A program made the translations under genes and the position numbers. DNA of 62,254 nt, filler included, from Basidiobolus ranarum (lineage: Eukaryota), in assembly GCA_040143965.1 (NCBI GenBank). It is 4 parts of 4 records of this genome, joined end to end, with 100 filler letters (N's around TTAATTAATTAA, not from the genome) between each part and the next. Parts side by side here need not be neighbours in the genome. Positions count along the whole stretch, not along the records: positions 31,252 to 46,711 come from JASJQH010000377.1; positions 46,812 to 62,254 come from JASJQH010000378.1; 2 more parts are not named here. One strand, written 5' to 3'. Shown piece after piece: positions 37,559-50,265 of the stretch. The notes under the pieces are model-generated. The model worked only from the letters and a program-made list of their open reading frames with translations, did not search any database and was not told the origin of the DNA. Position 1 is the first letter of the stretch. Each line of letters starts with the position of its first letter.

Positions 37559-40500
37559 TTAAGTTTGGAAATTTGCAACTACCCTCGAGACGGGTCGATA
37601 CTCCTCCGGAAAGAAATAAAGTTGCCAAAAGTTAAAGGCGTATTTACCAGTTTCTCCTCTTTTTGGGTCGCTGAATTCATTAATAATCAAAGAGTTTGGG
37701 ATATCTTGCAGCGTCAGTTTAACAATATCGGGGGAATGTTCCCCGGAGCATGTGTCTTGAGCATCTGGAGCCTCCCACAGGCCTATCTTGAAGTTTCTTT
37801 CGATATTCGCGAGTCTGACACCACATTCCTCGCGCATTGCTTTGAGAGTTTTATGATAGTATTCATCGGAAAGTTGATGCTGTTTCCTTAAAATATTGGT
37901 TTGTTCTAAAGTCACTGACATCGAGGTTCGATCCTTGGCTGATTTACACATGGTATAACGCATGGAACAACGCGGTAGCATGAAATACGCGGTGATTTGT
38001 GGCCTAGAGTCATTGGGGTTAGAGGTGTGATGCTCAGATTCTAGTGGAGTCTCAGTGTAGCTATCTGGTTGAGGATATGAGCCTATAAGCGAAGTGAGTT
38101 CAGATGCAAGTTGTAGTATGACCGGTGACATGGTAGTCTTAAGTCTCCAGGTTTTTCTTAACGAAGAGCTGCTTATGCTGTCTATTTCTCCTTTCAATTT
38201 GGCCATCATTTCCTCAATCTCTGCCCAGTAATCAACATAATTATTGGATGTTGATTTAGTTTGCCACCAATGCTTGTACTTTGCTAAGTAGAGGTGATAT
38301 CGTTCGTAACTTTCGGCGTTGATTTTATCTTGAAACTTGAAGTCTCCCATCATATTGGCTAAGGCCTGCTGTTCATTAATTCCTTGAGTAAAGAGAACCG
38401 GTTTCACAGAGACATGAAAACCATTCTGTAGAGGTGGGTTTAGCTTTGCAAAGTATATTTCTGGGATACCAACAGATATGACTATAGAACCATGGTAACC
38501 AAATATATCTAAAGCTTGGTCAATCTTGAAATCCTCAGGTATGGCATGAAAGCCAATCTTCACAGAACGTTCAATTTCACGTAGTGCTTTGTAGGTATCG
38601 CAGAGCATGCCATACTCAGGACCGTACGGACTGAGTAAACTTTCGAATTGGCAGAGAAAACCTACCTGTTCCAATCGTTCCCAAAATAAAGACCAAAGAA
38701 ATTGATGTCTGGCAGATTTGAATGGATTCAGGATTTCTAAACATTCGTCTATCATACAAACGAACCCAGTGGCGATGGTGGTAATTGCTTGCGACAAAAC
38801 AACATCGTCCCGTTTCCTTTCCACCATATCTTGGGTATGTTGTTTGTCTATAGAGAGCATGAAATAATCCACAAGGGAAAGAAGTCGAACTTTGATATGA
38901 GAAGTGTAGGATTGGATTTGGTCTAAACATTCCTGTAGGAGTACACGCACAGTAAGGTTCTTTCTCTGAGATCCCTCCATCGAGCGGATCAACTCCATCA
39001 AGCTAGATAGACTTTCTTCATTTAATTGGTAGCTGATCAGATCAACCTCTTCACACACTGAAGCGACAACGGGGTCCTTGACGATAACTCCTTCTCGAAA
39101 CATGGTTCTGTCAAGGAAGTTTACGGTATATTTACGTGTCTCATTCGCCAGGAATTTCAATTCACTCAGTTGCTTCTTAAGCGCCGAGTTATCAAATGCC
39201 TCTGAGAGAATGTTCTCTGTGATTCCTAAGACGCATTCCTTTATGGAGTCAGTTAAGCTTCGTACATCAGTCTTTAAATTTTGAACAGTATGATCTAGGT
39301 ATCCAGTGTAGTAAGAGGTTCGATGTATGTCTGCCATAAACTTGTCCGATTTCTGATGGAAATTAAACGCATGCGCGCATGGCACACCACACGTTACGAT
39401 AGAGTAGCTAGAGACTACATGAATTAAAGAAAGGTTAGTAAGGATGGTTTTTCCAAATATTGAAGCTAGAGATCGCCGTTACATTTGACTTGCTCGATTT
39501 CCTCGACTTTCATTTTCTGTATACAGCAATTCAACGGTAACCACTGTAATTCCTGGTTTTTCTTTTCAGGACTCCGACGAAAGTCTCCTTCACCAGACGT
39601 TATCTTAAATTGTAGTTTATAATTTAACTCATGGAATACATCTGCGTAGTATTCTAATAAGTCCCTGTGCCGATCAATCTGGGTAGACTTTAACTCTTCC
39701 ACCATTGAAAGAAACTCCTTGTTAAGGTCAGTGTTAGCTATGCATTCAAGGTCCAGTGATTCCAACTCTTGAATAATATCTCTCTCTTCGTTAATAAACA
39801 GTCCCAGCAATTTACATGGTAACGAAGATGTAAATGGTGATTCGGATAAAGATTCGTGAACCCTCAAGCGGGTTTGTAAATCACTCACAAGTTGATATGT
39901 TTGTTGAATTGGAGAGGAAAATACTTTCAATAATGGGAGTGCTGGCGACCTAGGTATACGCAAAATCTATTTTCATAGAAAATTACAATCCACAGTTCTA
40001 TGTGTTAGTAAGAGTCATGAGAATCGGATTATGGATGCACCTACGTTTTCCATAAAGATAGATATGGAGCCAACTTTTTTGTCTACCAGAAGTTGCTCGG
40101 AAGCGGTATGTTTCAAATCTATAGTTAGAGTACCCGACTCTCCATTTTCACAACAAAGCAAAAGTTGACCTTTGCGACATTCCGCAAAATATATCACTTC
40201 TTTTTTTGGTTTCAATCCAGTTTGTAAAGAGAATTTATAAAAAGAATCTTGGGTGGAATTTTCCTCTACTTGGAAGGGGATTGTAACTACGAATATCGAG
40301 CGGTTATTCTAAAAGGAAAGATAAGGTTTGTTTGTCAATGAGATCTCTTCAGGGCTAAAGCATTTAAACTATATTCAATATTTACCGTGATGGTTGTGAA
40401 TTCTGTGTGGGCCATTAATTTCCACTCGGCTTCAGTATTTTCTCTGTTATAAACAGCCAACAAATGCTCTTTGCTAGCTTGACTTGCATCTGACCATAAG

Positions 40501-40751
40501 ATCTGAAAAGACATCTCAAATATATTCTCATCTATAACACTGGCAGGGAAGTTTTCTTTCAACATTGGATTTATATTCTCAATTTCTGGATTGTACAACG
40601 CTTGGTTATCAGTGTATCGACGTTTGAGCTTTAATTCAGTGGGCCTTAGATCGATGATTGATTCAAATGAATCACTGTCTTGGGCAGTCTCTACTTGGTT
40701 GAGGTCGTGTGAAAAAGAGGAATAGGATACCTCTATCGGCTGAAATGTCAT
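37559..40751 (-). CDS. INPP4: Inositol polyphosphate-4-phosphatase (INPP4A/B-like), four exons
   Basis: Catalytic CX5R motif CKSAKDRTSMSVTLEQ; FTQGINEQQALA; GFLCQFESLLSPYG; WLPLNCCIQKMKV; TCGVPCAH; KYAFNFWQLYFFPEEYRP; C2-like WKLMAHTEF..NNRSIF at the N-terminus. Confidence 0.9.
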
Positions 40752-41664
40752 TGTTAAACAAGTACTTTAAGGCACTCCGATAGTAGACAAAAAAGTGTGA
40801 AGAAAGGAAAACCAAGTCACGGAATTAATGTACGTATATTTAAAAGTTAATTGAACAAGGCTGTACCAGTATTTCGAATAAGAATACTTTGACAACAGTA
40901 ATCAAAGTGAATATCTATTTGGGGGGAAGCCAATTAAGTGTAACGTTGCTAATATTGGTTCAAAATGATTTTGCATGAGAAATTTTTGTTCATTCGGAAT
41001 TGTAGTGAGTTAAGGGGGATAGGGACAGTGAGCATATGAATGCCACCACCCCGGGTTGGTTTTTTGGGATTTGTTGAGGATGACCGATAGTGGTACGATA
41101 TGAGATTAATCGGAAGCAAATGCCGGGCTATCGCTCAGGCCTTTGTATATGTAATTGAACTAAACGCAATGCAATACAATTTTGTTAAAGGCTAGTTGAT
41201 CTGAACAGTGTGCACCGCCATCATGCTGTCCGTCAAGAGACACAAAGGTCTAACACACTGAGAAAGCACTTCGATCCGAAGTAATCGCAATGTTGGCTAG
41301 TTCTAGACAACGGTCTCATCGACATGAATTTAATATACAGATTTCTGGTGTCCTTGAAACAACTTTATAAGCAGAGAATCTTCAAAGGAGACTGAAGCTG
41401 AATCTGAGAAATGACCAATTGAACTTTGTTGAATAATCTAACTTCAATCGATGACCCGCACAGGTTATTAAGAATTTTATTAGTGAGAAATGGGTAAATG
41501 ACCTTCTGAGACTGATCATCTTGGAGGAAATTATATATATTGGTTCCATGAAACGAAGCGAAAGTTCATTTATAAAACAATTAATCATGATACAATATTT
41601 AGATGGTGAGGCGATTTGGGATGGAAGAAACGGATTTGGTCTCAACCATACAAATCCTATTTAA

Positions 41665-43883
41665 CTAGCTGTTGGAATCTCCAATACGAATGGCATTAAT
41701 TCGAGTCTGTAATTTCTCCATGACATCCTCCACTTCAGCACTGCTTGAAGTGTTGTCAACATTATTATCATCTTCATCTAAATCCTTCTCCAAGTTCTTG
41801 GTAGCCTTGAGCTTCTTGATAAGCAACTCAAGAAGTGTAGAATGATACTTCCGTTCCTCAAGCGTAGATTTATTGGATGGCTCTCCATGCTCAGGACCTT
41901 TGGGCGATGTCGAGGAAACGATCGAACCAGCAGAGAGTCTTCTTCGCATTCTTGGGTCCTCTGCGTTAATTTTGAGGTTTGAGTTGCCGTTTATGGTTCT
42001 GTTGGGTGAAACCGAACGAGCACGGATTGCGATATGTGTTGAGCGTGAATTGTGTTCACTATCGGAAGACGGCGAGGAAGGTTTAGATACCGTTATAGTG
42101 ACGTTCTCACTAGGCTTATGCAGTGCCATATGGGCTGTTTCAATACATGGTTGTAAGCGTGTCATGTCAGAAGCACGGCGTCTATGATCGACAGTTCGCC
42201 TTTGAGGTCCTATTGACGTATATAGGTGATGAGGTAGACCAGGCCCTCCTCGGAATAGTGAGGAATCATCCATACGGTTAAAGCTACCATTCTTTGGGCT
42301 AGGTGCTATGATGACGTTATTGTGCTGGGAAGAGCTATGTAGAGGATGGTTGTATGCGATATTTGTTGGGTCTATGGAACTAAGGCTGTTACTTGACGAA
42401 GGTGACGGTGTAGCCGAGTGTAATGTGTTAAAGTCATTATTAGAAAGAATATTCGTGTCTGTATTAACTTCCAAGTATGGCTGTTGCGTGTCGAGAAATG
42501 ATCCCGTAGTATCTGTAGGGAATTTGAAGTTGAAGTCAACATCATCAGAGATTCCACTGTTATAACCTCCTGAATAGGTAGCACTTGAATTGGGACACAG
42601 TGTACCAGATGTCAGTGCGGGATTATCCGAGAATGGTGGTACATAACTGTTGTCGCAGTTTTGACCAATCTGATCGAGACTGTTGTTAACGCCGCTTATT
42701 CCAAAAGCGAGCTCGGCAGAGGAATCAGATGTAGGAAGTTGCAAAGCTCCCGAGTCAGCCATATTAATGTTGTTAGCTCCGATGAAATTGCTTTCGACAT
42801 TTGTACTTGGAGGCGAGTAATTATTTAGATTAGAGCTCATCGAACCATCAATTTGAAGTTTAAGAGATTCCATAAAATTCAAGTATGTATTACGATCTTC
42901 GTTGGACAAAGTGTTCGGTATTTGCTGCATCCCGTCATCAAATACATATTTTCCCACAACGTTGAGAACATTTGCCATATCTATCGGGAAAAAACTCTTT
43001 AGTTACTATCTCTTGAGAAATATCTCCTTTTAAACTTACCTGAATTATATTCAACTGGTAATTTCTGCTTCTTCACATCTTGAAAGAAATCCTCTACTCC
43101 GTAACCGTGCGTGCGCTTTTTGGTATCATCATTCATTGGGAACCCATTGGTGAACGGCAAACCCCCGTATATATCCTGACCAGGAAATTGGGACATAGCC
43201 TTCTGTTGGAAATCAACTGAATTACGCGCGAATCTAGGGTTCGTAAATGCAGGATCAAACTGGTCCGATATATCAGAATAAGGTGAAAAGCCTAAATGAA
43301 GCGAGTTAGCGAAATAGTTAAGAATTTAAAGTAAACATTGATGCCTCTGTGGTTTTAGGAAGATTAGGCTAAACATGCTTATGTACCTAGCACTTCTCTA
43401 TCAGCCACCTTACAAAACTTACCAAGTGAAAAAGACATACGCCCGGGAGAAGAGTTGAGTGAAGACATAGAACAAGATCTGTTGTGTCTACCCGAGGTCT
43501 GAGGCAACTGTAAAGACTGGCGACGATGAGCTTGTTCGTGTATCTTTTCATGCTTTCTTTGATCTTGTGGACGTTTAAAAGGCTTTTGACAATACTTTGA
43601 CAAAAATTAGTAACAGATCTTCAACAGTGGATAAGTCCTATACAACACTAACTTTGCATGGATATGGCTTCAGAGGAACATGAACACGAAGATGGGAAGT
43701 TATGTGATCTCTTTTAACTGTAGAAACTTTACAGCCTCCCCAATGGCAAGTGAGGCAGAGGTTGTTTGTTGATTTACGACCAACATGATCGTCGGTTAAA
43801 TGGGAATACAAAGTGTCTGGATCAGTAAATACCAAGCCACACCCATCCCAGTGGCAATTGTAGAGGCCAATGAAATAATCCAT
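41665..43883 (-). CDS. pacC: PacC/Rim101 pH-responsive C2H2 transcription factor, multi-exon
   Basis: [73 protein letters not shown], plus the post-finger motif [15 protein letters not shown] at 43883. Confidence 0.92.
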
Positions 43884-44150
43884 TTGTATAGTTAAATCCA
43901 ATAGTGCTCAACTGTAGCTAATAAATGGATCGGTCGTTGGTAAGAGATTGTATGTAGCGAGATTGGCAAGCAAAGTGAAGCACAATACTAGCAACTAAGA
44001 AGGAAATTAATGTATCCTCTCTCCTCTGGAGTAAGAATATAGGGAAATTAGTAAGCTAAGTTCTGAGATGTCTGAAAAATAGGAAATAAATATGAGTGTT
44101 TCCCCGAACCTTATGATATATCAGAGGTGGTCAAATGAGTGACCATAAAG

Positions 44151-45194
44151 CTTGGCTTGCGTCGTAACAATTCCAAAGATCCAAACTACTGTGAATGGTC
44201 AAAAGGCTTGGCAGTTAATAAATTAGACCTTCTAACCATACATCATTGGTTCTTAATTGCTTGATTTCTATAATAGTTAATATTTCTTAAATGCAGGTAA
44301 AGGGTTTATTAGAATCAGTAGCATATACAGCATATATTATACTAACCGATTACTGAAACACTGGGAGGACAATAGTTGCTGACTGTATGCTTTCTTAAAC
44401 CAACGGATATATACGCTGGCAGCGGTTCCTATAGGCTGGCCGTCGAGATAGTGACTGGCGCTACACCATTAGTTCTCAGCTAACCTAACCCTTGCAGATC
44501 TGAAAGAGATTCGACCAAGATATAAGCAACGCGACCAACCAAAATCACATAAGCGTGAATTCCTAAGTTTGGCCTGAAACACGGACAGATTCAAATAATA
44601 TGGCATAGCATATATTGCAGGTGATCGACCTGTATCAAGCAGCTCTTTCTATATTGGTATCGAAATGATGTACTGATGTCGATTCATTGATTCCGGCACA
44701 TTGTCTTGTGAGGGAATTGGAAAGATACTCGTAGCCCGTAACCAATTATCACGTTCTCTAAATCGAAAGGCCAAGAGTCTCCTAAACCCAGGGTTATACC
44801 GAACCACGTCTATTATTAAGCTTCAGTGCTCGATTCTTATCCGATAAGAAAATATAGAATCCATCCGGTTTCTACACTAGGCTATAGCACGCTTGAATGC
44901 ATACTTTCTAGCGTCTAAATTTCATTCGCAAATCTCAGCATGTCTCTGGATACTACAACTAGCATCGTATTTCTATCATTGCCATATACGAAATCTCGAT
45001 ACAAGAAGTGGTTGTCAAACGCAACTTAAGCATGACTGGGGAATGATGTTTTAAGACTTGAGATCAACCTTTATATTTGTATACCATTGCTCAATGATTG
45101 AAGATCTCAAACGAACTGTGGAGATAAGTGCTAAAGCTGAGACTAAAAAAATCCAGCTAGCTTCGAACTTATACCTAAAATTAAGTAACTTGGC
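44151..45194. promoter_or_regulatory. Four GCCAAG (PacC consensus GCCARG) sites upstream of pacC
   Basis: CTTGGC at 44151, 44207 and 45189; GCCAAG at 44770. Confidence 0.45.
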
Positions 45195-46521
45195 TTAGTT
45201 TAAGCCAAATTTCTATGCTTATGAAAATCAACAAGGAGATATAAGTTACAAATCGAATCAAGAGTAACATTCAATTTCAGCTTTGATCATCTGTATTCAT
45301 CTTAGTGTCACATGTTTCTACTATCGAGCTCTAGTTTGTGTCTATTCCACACTCGCTGGTTCAATTCTCGGAGTTAGAAATAAGCACATATTGAGGAGTG
45401 CAGCAACGTTGTTGGAATTATTACTTCATAGAGTTTAAATAGAAGATATACTGCATAAGGAGTGTCCCATCCTCAGACTCGCCATGTCACCTCCAATACA
45501 AAAATCTTCGTGTCACAATAAAGCTCATATCCAAAGAATCTAAGAGTTAGGTAATACAGGCTACTTTTAGAACATGGATACCGCCTGCTGTTGACAATAA
45601 TCAAAGAGAAGAGACTTCGTAGCAGGAGAAAAAACTACGGTTTTTTTGTTTTAATTTTTCTCAGAATGCCTCCAACCATCCAGGGCATACGAAGTTGAAG
45701 GGGATATTCAATTTCATTCCGCAAATCCTGTAAAAAAAAGCACAACAAATTATTTATGGTTATATATGATGGAATCCTGTAGTTATCAGTGGCTGGTAAG
45801 AGTCAAACACTAGTGTGAACTGCCAGTTGTTCTAAGGTGTTTCAGCTTGAGTTCCGCCGGGGCTGCTTTGATTGCTGTTGATTTATAGGTGTACTTTAAG
45901 CTCAAATATGTGCGCACTGCTGCATTCTTAGCGCATGGCAGTAGTTTTGTTTGACTACATATACTGATAATTGTTTAAATTTATGGTACCATTTCGCTCC
46001 AATACGGCTAATGCTCAATTTACACACAATGTAAACACAGTAAGGGATGAGAGGCTATTTGTTGCTTGATCACCATAGCGATTGTAATATTAGCTGCAAA
46101 TGAAAACTATCATCTAAATATATTTTTGTCATCTAAAATAGATCTCAATAGGAGGCAAGCAACAGTTGCTATTGATCTGGATCACTTGACGGATTTAAAG
46201 CTGATAAGGAGATAGCTTGATGGCTTGGTAGAAACTTTTACCAGTCTGAGAGTTTCAGGATCTAGAAACGATTTTTCGTAGCACATTGTCACTGATTCAG
46301 ATAATATCTCCATGTGATTTGAACATTCTTTACACTTCTAAAATTGTAACCCATCTAAAAATCGATCATTTGGAATTGGTGTTGGAAAGTACTAGCAAAC
46401 AACTCATTTCTATTGATTTTATTCCTCCTGTGATTAAAGAGTGAGCTAATACACGTTAACTCACTGAAGATAGTTTCTTTTTGGTTCCGTAACAGAACAC
46501 TTTTCTTCATTGAGATTTAAC

Positions 46522-46711
46522 ATGTATCCTGGTGCTAGGTACTATTCGCAGAATCCCCAACCTAATCACCCGTTGCCACAACAAAACACCTATCCAGGGG
46601 GGTCTTATTACCCACCACCTCAACAACAACCCTCGTATGGTGGTTATCCCCCACCGCAACAAGTTAATTCATACCCACCACCAAATTCGCAACATAATGG
46701 TTACCCACCAG
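46522..46711 (+). CDS. Pro/Gln/Tyr/Gly-rich N-terminus, possibly a metacaspase (Mca1-type) prodomain; cut off by the contig end
   Basis: MYPGARYYSQNPQP..YYPPPQQQPSYGGYPPPQQ.. Yeast Mca1 also begins MYPG with a Q/P/Y-rich prodomain. No catalytic domain is visible. Confidence 0.5.
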
Positions 46712-46811
46712 NNNNNNNNNNNNNNNNNNNNNNNNNNNNNNNNNNNNNNNNNNNNTTAATTAATTAANNNNNNNNNNNNNNNNNNNNNNNNNNNNNNNNN
46801 NNNNNNNNNNN
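46712..46811. other. Artificial contig spacer
   Basis: 44 N + TTAATTAATTAA + 44 N. Confidence 0.98.
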
Positions 46812-47628
46812 TATTGAAGGTGGTGAAGACAGTCCAGTTGAACAGTTTCTTTAGTGAAGTAGCTAGAGCTTATGCTTGATTGATTTGTTGTATTGATAGC
46901 TGCAGTTGCTTTTTTCGATTGTCATCCTATCGCACACTATATATACTATTTTCGTTAACTGTATCATACAGCTAGATACCCAGATGAAGGATGTTATTCC
47001 CAGAACACAAATTCCTGAATCATGGCAATCAGTCGATATTAGTCGTACTAGTGGACTTCATGCTATCACGGTGATTTTCCTTCGGGTAGTTTCCCAGAGC
47101 CAATAGTTAAAGATACAGGAACTTGTATGGACTGTATTTTATAGGATCTATACAGTACTCATTTCGATCTTGGTATGGACAGATAGTTTTGGATTATATG
47201 AAAATTCTTGAAAACTCTATCACCACTGGGGATCCGAGAACGTCTCAGCCTGTGTTAAATACTTGCAATTTTCATTCCTGGAATAATGGCAAAAAAACTG
47301 ATACGTTCTACTGGAGTAAATGGTACTGTACTACTACATACTAAGCTGAGTGTTCATCATTATTCACAGTACTAGTAGAAATCGATAAATTTATGTTCCA
47401 GTTACTAAAACCGTCATTAGCTTAAGACTCACTCCACTAGGATTCCTAGAATTAATGATTAAAACGGGATTTATCTGGATTTCTAGGCATTGAGTGTGCA
47501 AGCCATAATGAAAGGAAAACTTATCCATTATATATAGCTTGCGAAGAGACGACAATCGAAAAAAGCAACTGCAGCTATCAATACAACAAATCAATCAAGC
47601 ATAAGCTCTAGCTACTTCACTAAAGAAA

Positions 47629-48756
47629 ATGTTCAACTGGACTGTCTTCACCACCTTCAATACTCTCTCAATTGTCTGCTCTCTGATCATGGTTTCTACC
47701 ATACTAGGCCTCTGGCTATATCAACGAAAGCTAGTCGAACGCATCTCATTCCGATTAGTAGGATTGTGTGCAATTTGTGATGTCTTACGACATACCTTCA
47801 GGATTATACAGATATATACGCACGAGGGAAGCCTTGACCGAGTTGCCAACGATCGCTCAAGCTTATTCCAGATCAGCTCGATTGTTGCCGAAATGGCTTT
47901 GCTCATCTTCATTCTGTACACATTCGAGATTATCCTTAACCTCCAGCTTGTATTACTTCATCAAGTGCGCATAATGATTAACCATCAAATCATTTACTTT
48001 ATCATTCCACCCACTCTTGTGCTTCTCATCACGCTCATCTCGGTGTTCGCCCCACCTTTGTCAACCTCGGAATTAGAAATCAAAGTGCTGACCGCCTCAA
48101 TTCTCCTTATATTCTCACTTGTTCTCATCTACACGCTAGTCGTGTGTATCTTGATTGTCATCAAACTTGTTCGAACCACTCGTGCCATCATTCAGTTCAA
48201 CCCTTTCGGTATTCCTAACCCTGAGAAGAATGGCCCCAATGCCACAGATAATGATATTAGAAAGGCCACCAGCTTCTCTAGCACTGACTTCTTAGCAAGA
48301 AAGGCTGTTCGTCAAGCTATTGTACACATTCTGATGTATCCTGTGGCAATGATGGCTGTTGGTTTTCCCACGATGATCGTTCGTGTTATCTTCATCCTGT
48401 CCCCTGTTCTTGGTATCGAGATCAACCTTGACTGGGAGGAGTACTCGAACTCATTACAGGGTGTTGTCAACTTTGCTTGCTTCTTATTTGATCCTGCCCT
48501 TGGTGTGGCACTTCGATCCATCAAACGTGACCTTCTTGCCAATTACTCCAGCGAGAAATCCACTGGAAACTCACCCTCCTCTACATCCGTCCGTGGATTA
48601 GTCCTTTGGTGTACCGAACGCTTCATCTTGAAGTCTCCACCAGTGTCGAGCGAGGAAGAGGCACACACTTTAATCTTGGCAAATAACCAATTTGAGCAGA
48701 TCAACTCAAGCCTGATTGAGTGTGAGAATGTCACTAACAAAATCAAGCATCTATGA
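47629..48756 (+). CDS. Seven-TM receptor-like protein (Git3/cAMP-receptor-like GPCR), intronless
   Basis: Seven hydrophobic segments. RISFRLV..AICD in TM2, ILMYP in TM6 and SLQGVVNFACFLFDP in TM7 resemble Git3/cAR-type motifs. Confidence 0.78.
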   Translation: MFNWTVFTTFNTLSIVCSLIMVSTILGLWLYQRKLVERISFRLVGLCAICDVLRHTFRIIQIYTHEGSLDRVANDRSSLFQISSIVAEMALLIFILYTFEIILNLQLVLLHQVRIMINHQIIYFIIPPTLVLLITLISVFAPPLSTSELEIKVLTASILLIFSLVLIYTLVVCILIVIKLVRTTRAIIQFNPFGIPNPEKNGPNATDNDIRKATSFSSTDFLARKAVRQAIVHILMYPVAMMAVGFPTMIVRVIFILSPVLGIEINLDWEEYSNSLQGVVNFACFLFDPALGVALRSIKRDLLANYSSEKSTGNSPSSTSVRGLVLWCTERFILKSPPVSSEEEAHTLILANNQFEQINSSLIECENVTNKIKHL

Positions 48757-50265
48757 GCCTCTCTCTGGATTGACTCTCGATGGAGTAGTATGTTCTTGAA
48801 TACTGAGCTATTCACTCATATCTTATCTTAATCATCTAACTTTACCCAGCCTCTGCTTTACTACTAACGTTTAATATGTAAATTATTTTGTTGCTAAATT
48901 CTGAAATTTTGATGTTCCCATCCTCTACTTCTTCCCTCCCCCCTCTCTCTCTACCCCATTGATATGAGCTCTCACATGGCTTGAGTATCAAGATAAATTA
49001 TCAAATAAACAAGCGACCAGTGGTCGATCAATACCAAATACATCAACCACGTTGTCAGTTCTGTGACTTACTTGGTGGCTTATATGTGACAACGTTTCTC
49101 AACACCTTCTGTAGAGGCAATAGAAGGTTGTTTATCCTACCATAAGGATTAACAGTTAAAAAACTTTCAAATACTACGCACTGCGTATAGTCTAATGGTT
49201 TCATCTTAAAAATAGAAGTATGGCAACCATTAATACTCTCTTTATACTAAATTGATTTCCTTCCATAGCGTATACCTCTCCAGACTCAAGTTGAACCTCT
49301 CAGAGAGCAGTTGATAATGGAACGGGACAGTCAATTTACGAAGTATAACTCATCAAACGTATTATTTGTATTATTTCAGAACAGAGAAGAATCCTTTGAT
49401 ATGAAGATCCAACACAAGCAACTGAAGATATGTAAATAGCTATCATTCCTGGTATAGCATCTATACTATGGCGAACTTCCCCGGAGTGGTATTATTGAGT
49501 TTACTTAGGCTTCAGTTAGGCTGAAATCGGGTTTTTCTGATGAGATACATAATCTTGCCAGCCGTTGTTCACTTCGGATGCTTTCTAGTAAATGAGTCAT
49601 AGAATACACTCAAGAACGATGAAATTATTCAACCATGGCAATACTCTTACTTTCCACTGTACAAAGCTCACCAACAAAGGAAGCTATAATGACTCAAAAT
49701 AAAAAGACTCACCACTCATAGACACTGCTTTCTCCTTAATAATAATTACGGAATCGCCTTGTGTAGGTTATCAAAGCTGCTCAATCACATTGTGGTAATA
49801 TTTCATTGACTTGGATTCCAGATACTAGGTCTGACTCGGATTGTCAAATTTGGACCTACAAAATAAGCATTTTTTTGTATGACCGAGGAATTCTTCGATC
49901 TAATACAACATGAGATTTTGCTTTTGGTAGCACATCTCTTCCACCAATCAGCTGATGCAGTCGTTATTATGCTCCACTTTTTAAGATGGATCATTTATGT
50001 AAAATAAGGTTTTTCATTTTGAATATGGGTTGATATTCCATCGATTTTGTGGCTGCATTGATTTCCCTTGGAATTGAGTTCTTGAGCATCGGATTGGTAG
50101 AATCATGTCCATACTAAATGTGTCCAAATTAAACCTAAAAAAGGGCCGATGTACTTGGGCCTCAAAATTCATTTAGAATCGTGCTCCATAGCTTCATTCT
50201 GCTCCTTGTTCCTAACTCTACTCTTCGAGTTGAATATACTCTAATTTTCCATTTCTAAAGCAGCT

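Noticed and set aside
49620-49994. Possible decayed gene on the minus strand, divergent from the VMA7 fragment
   Set aside because: Some splice-like signals, but the frames I tried contain stops and I recognise no homology.
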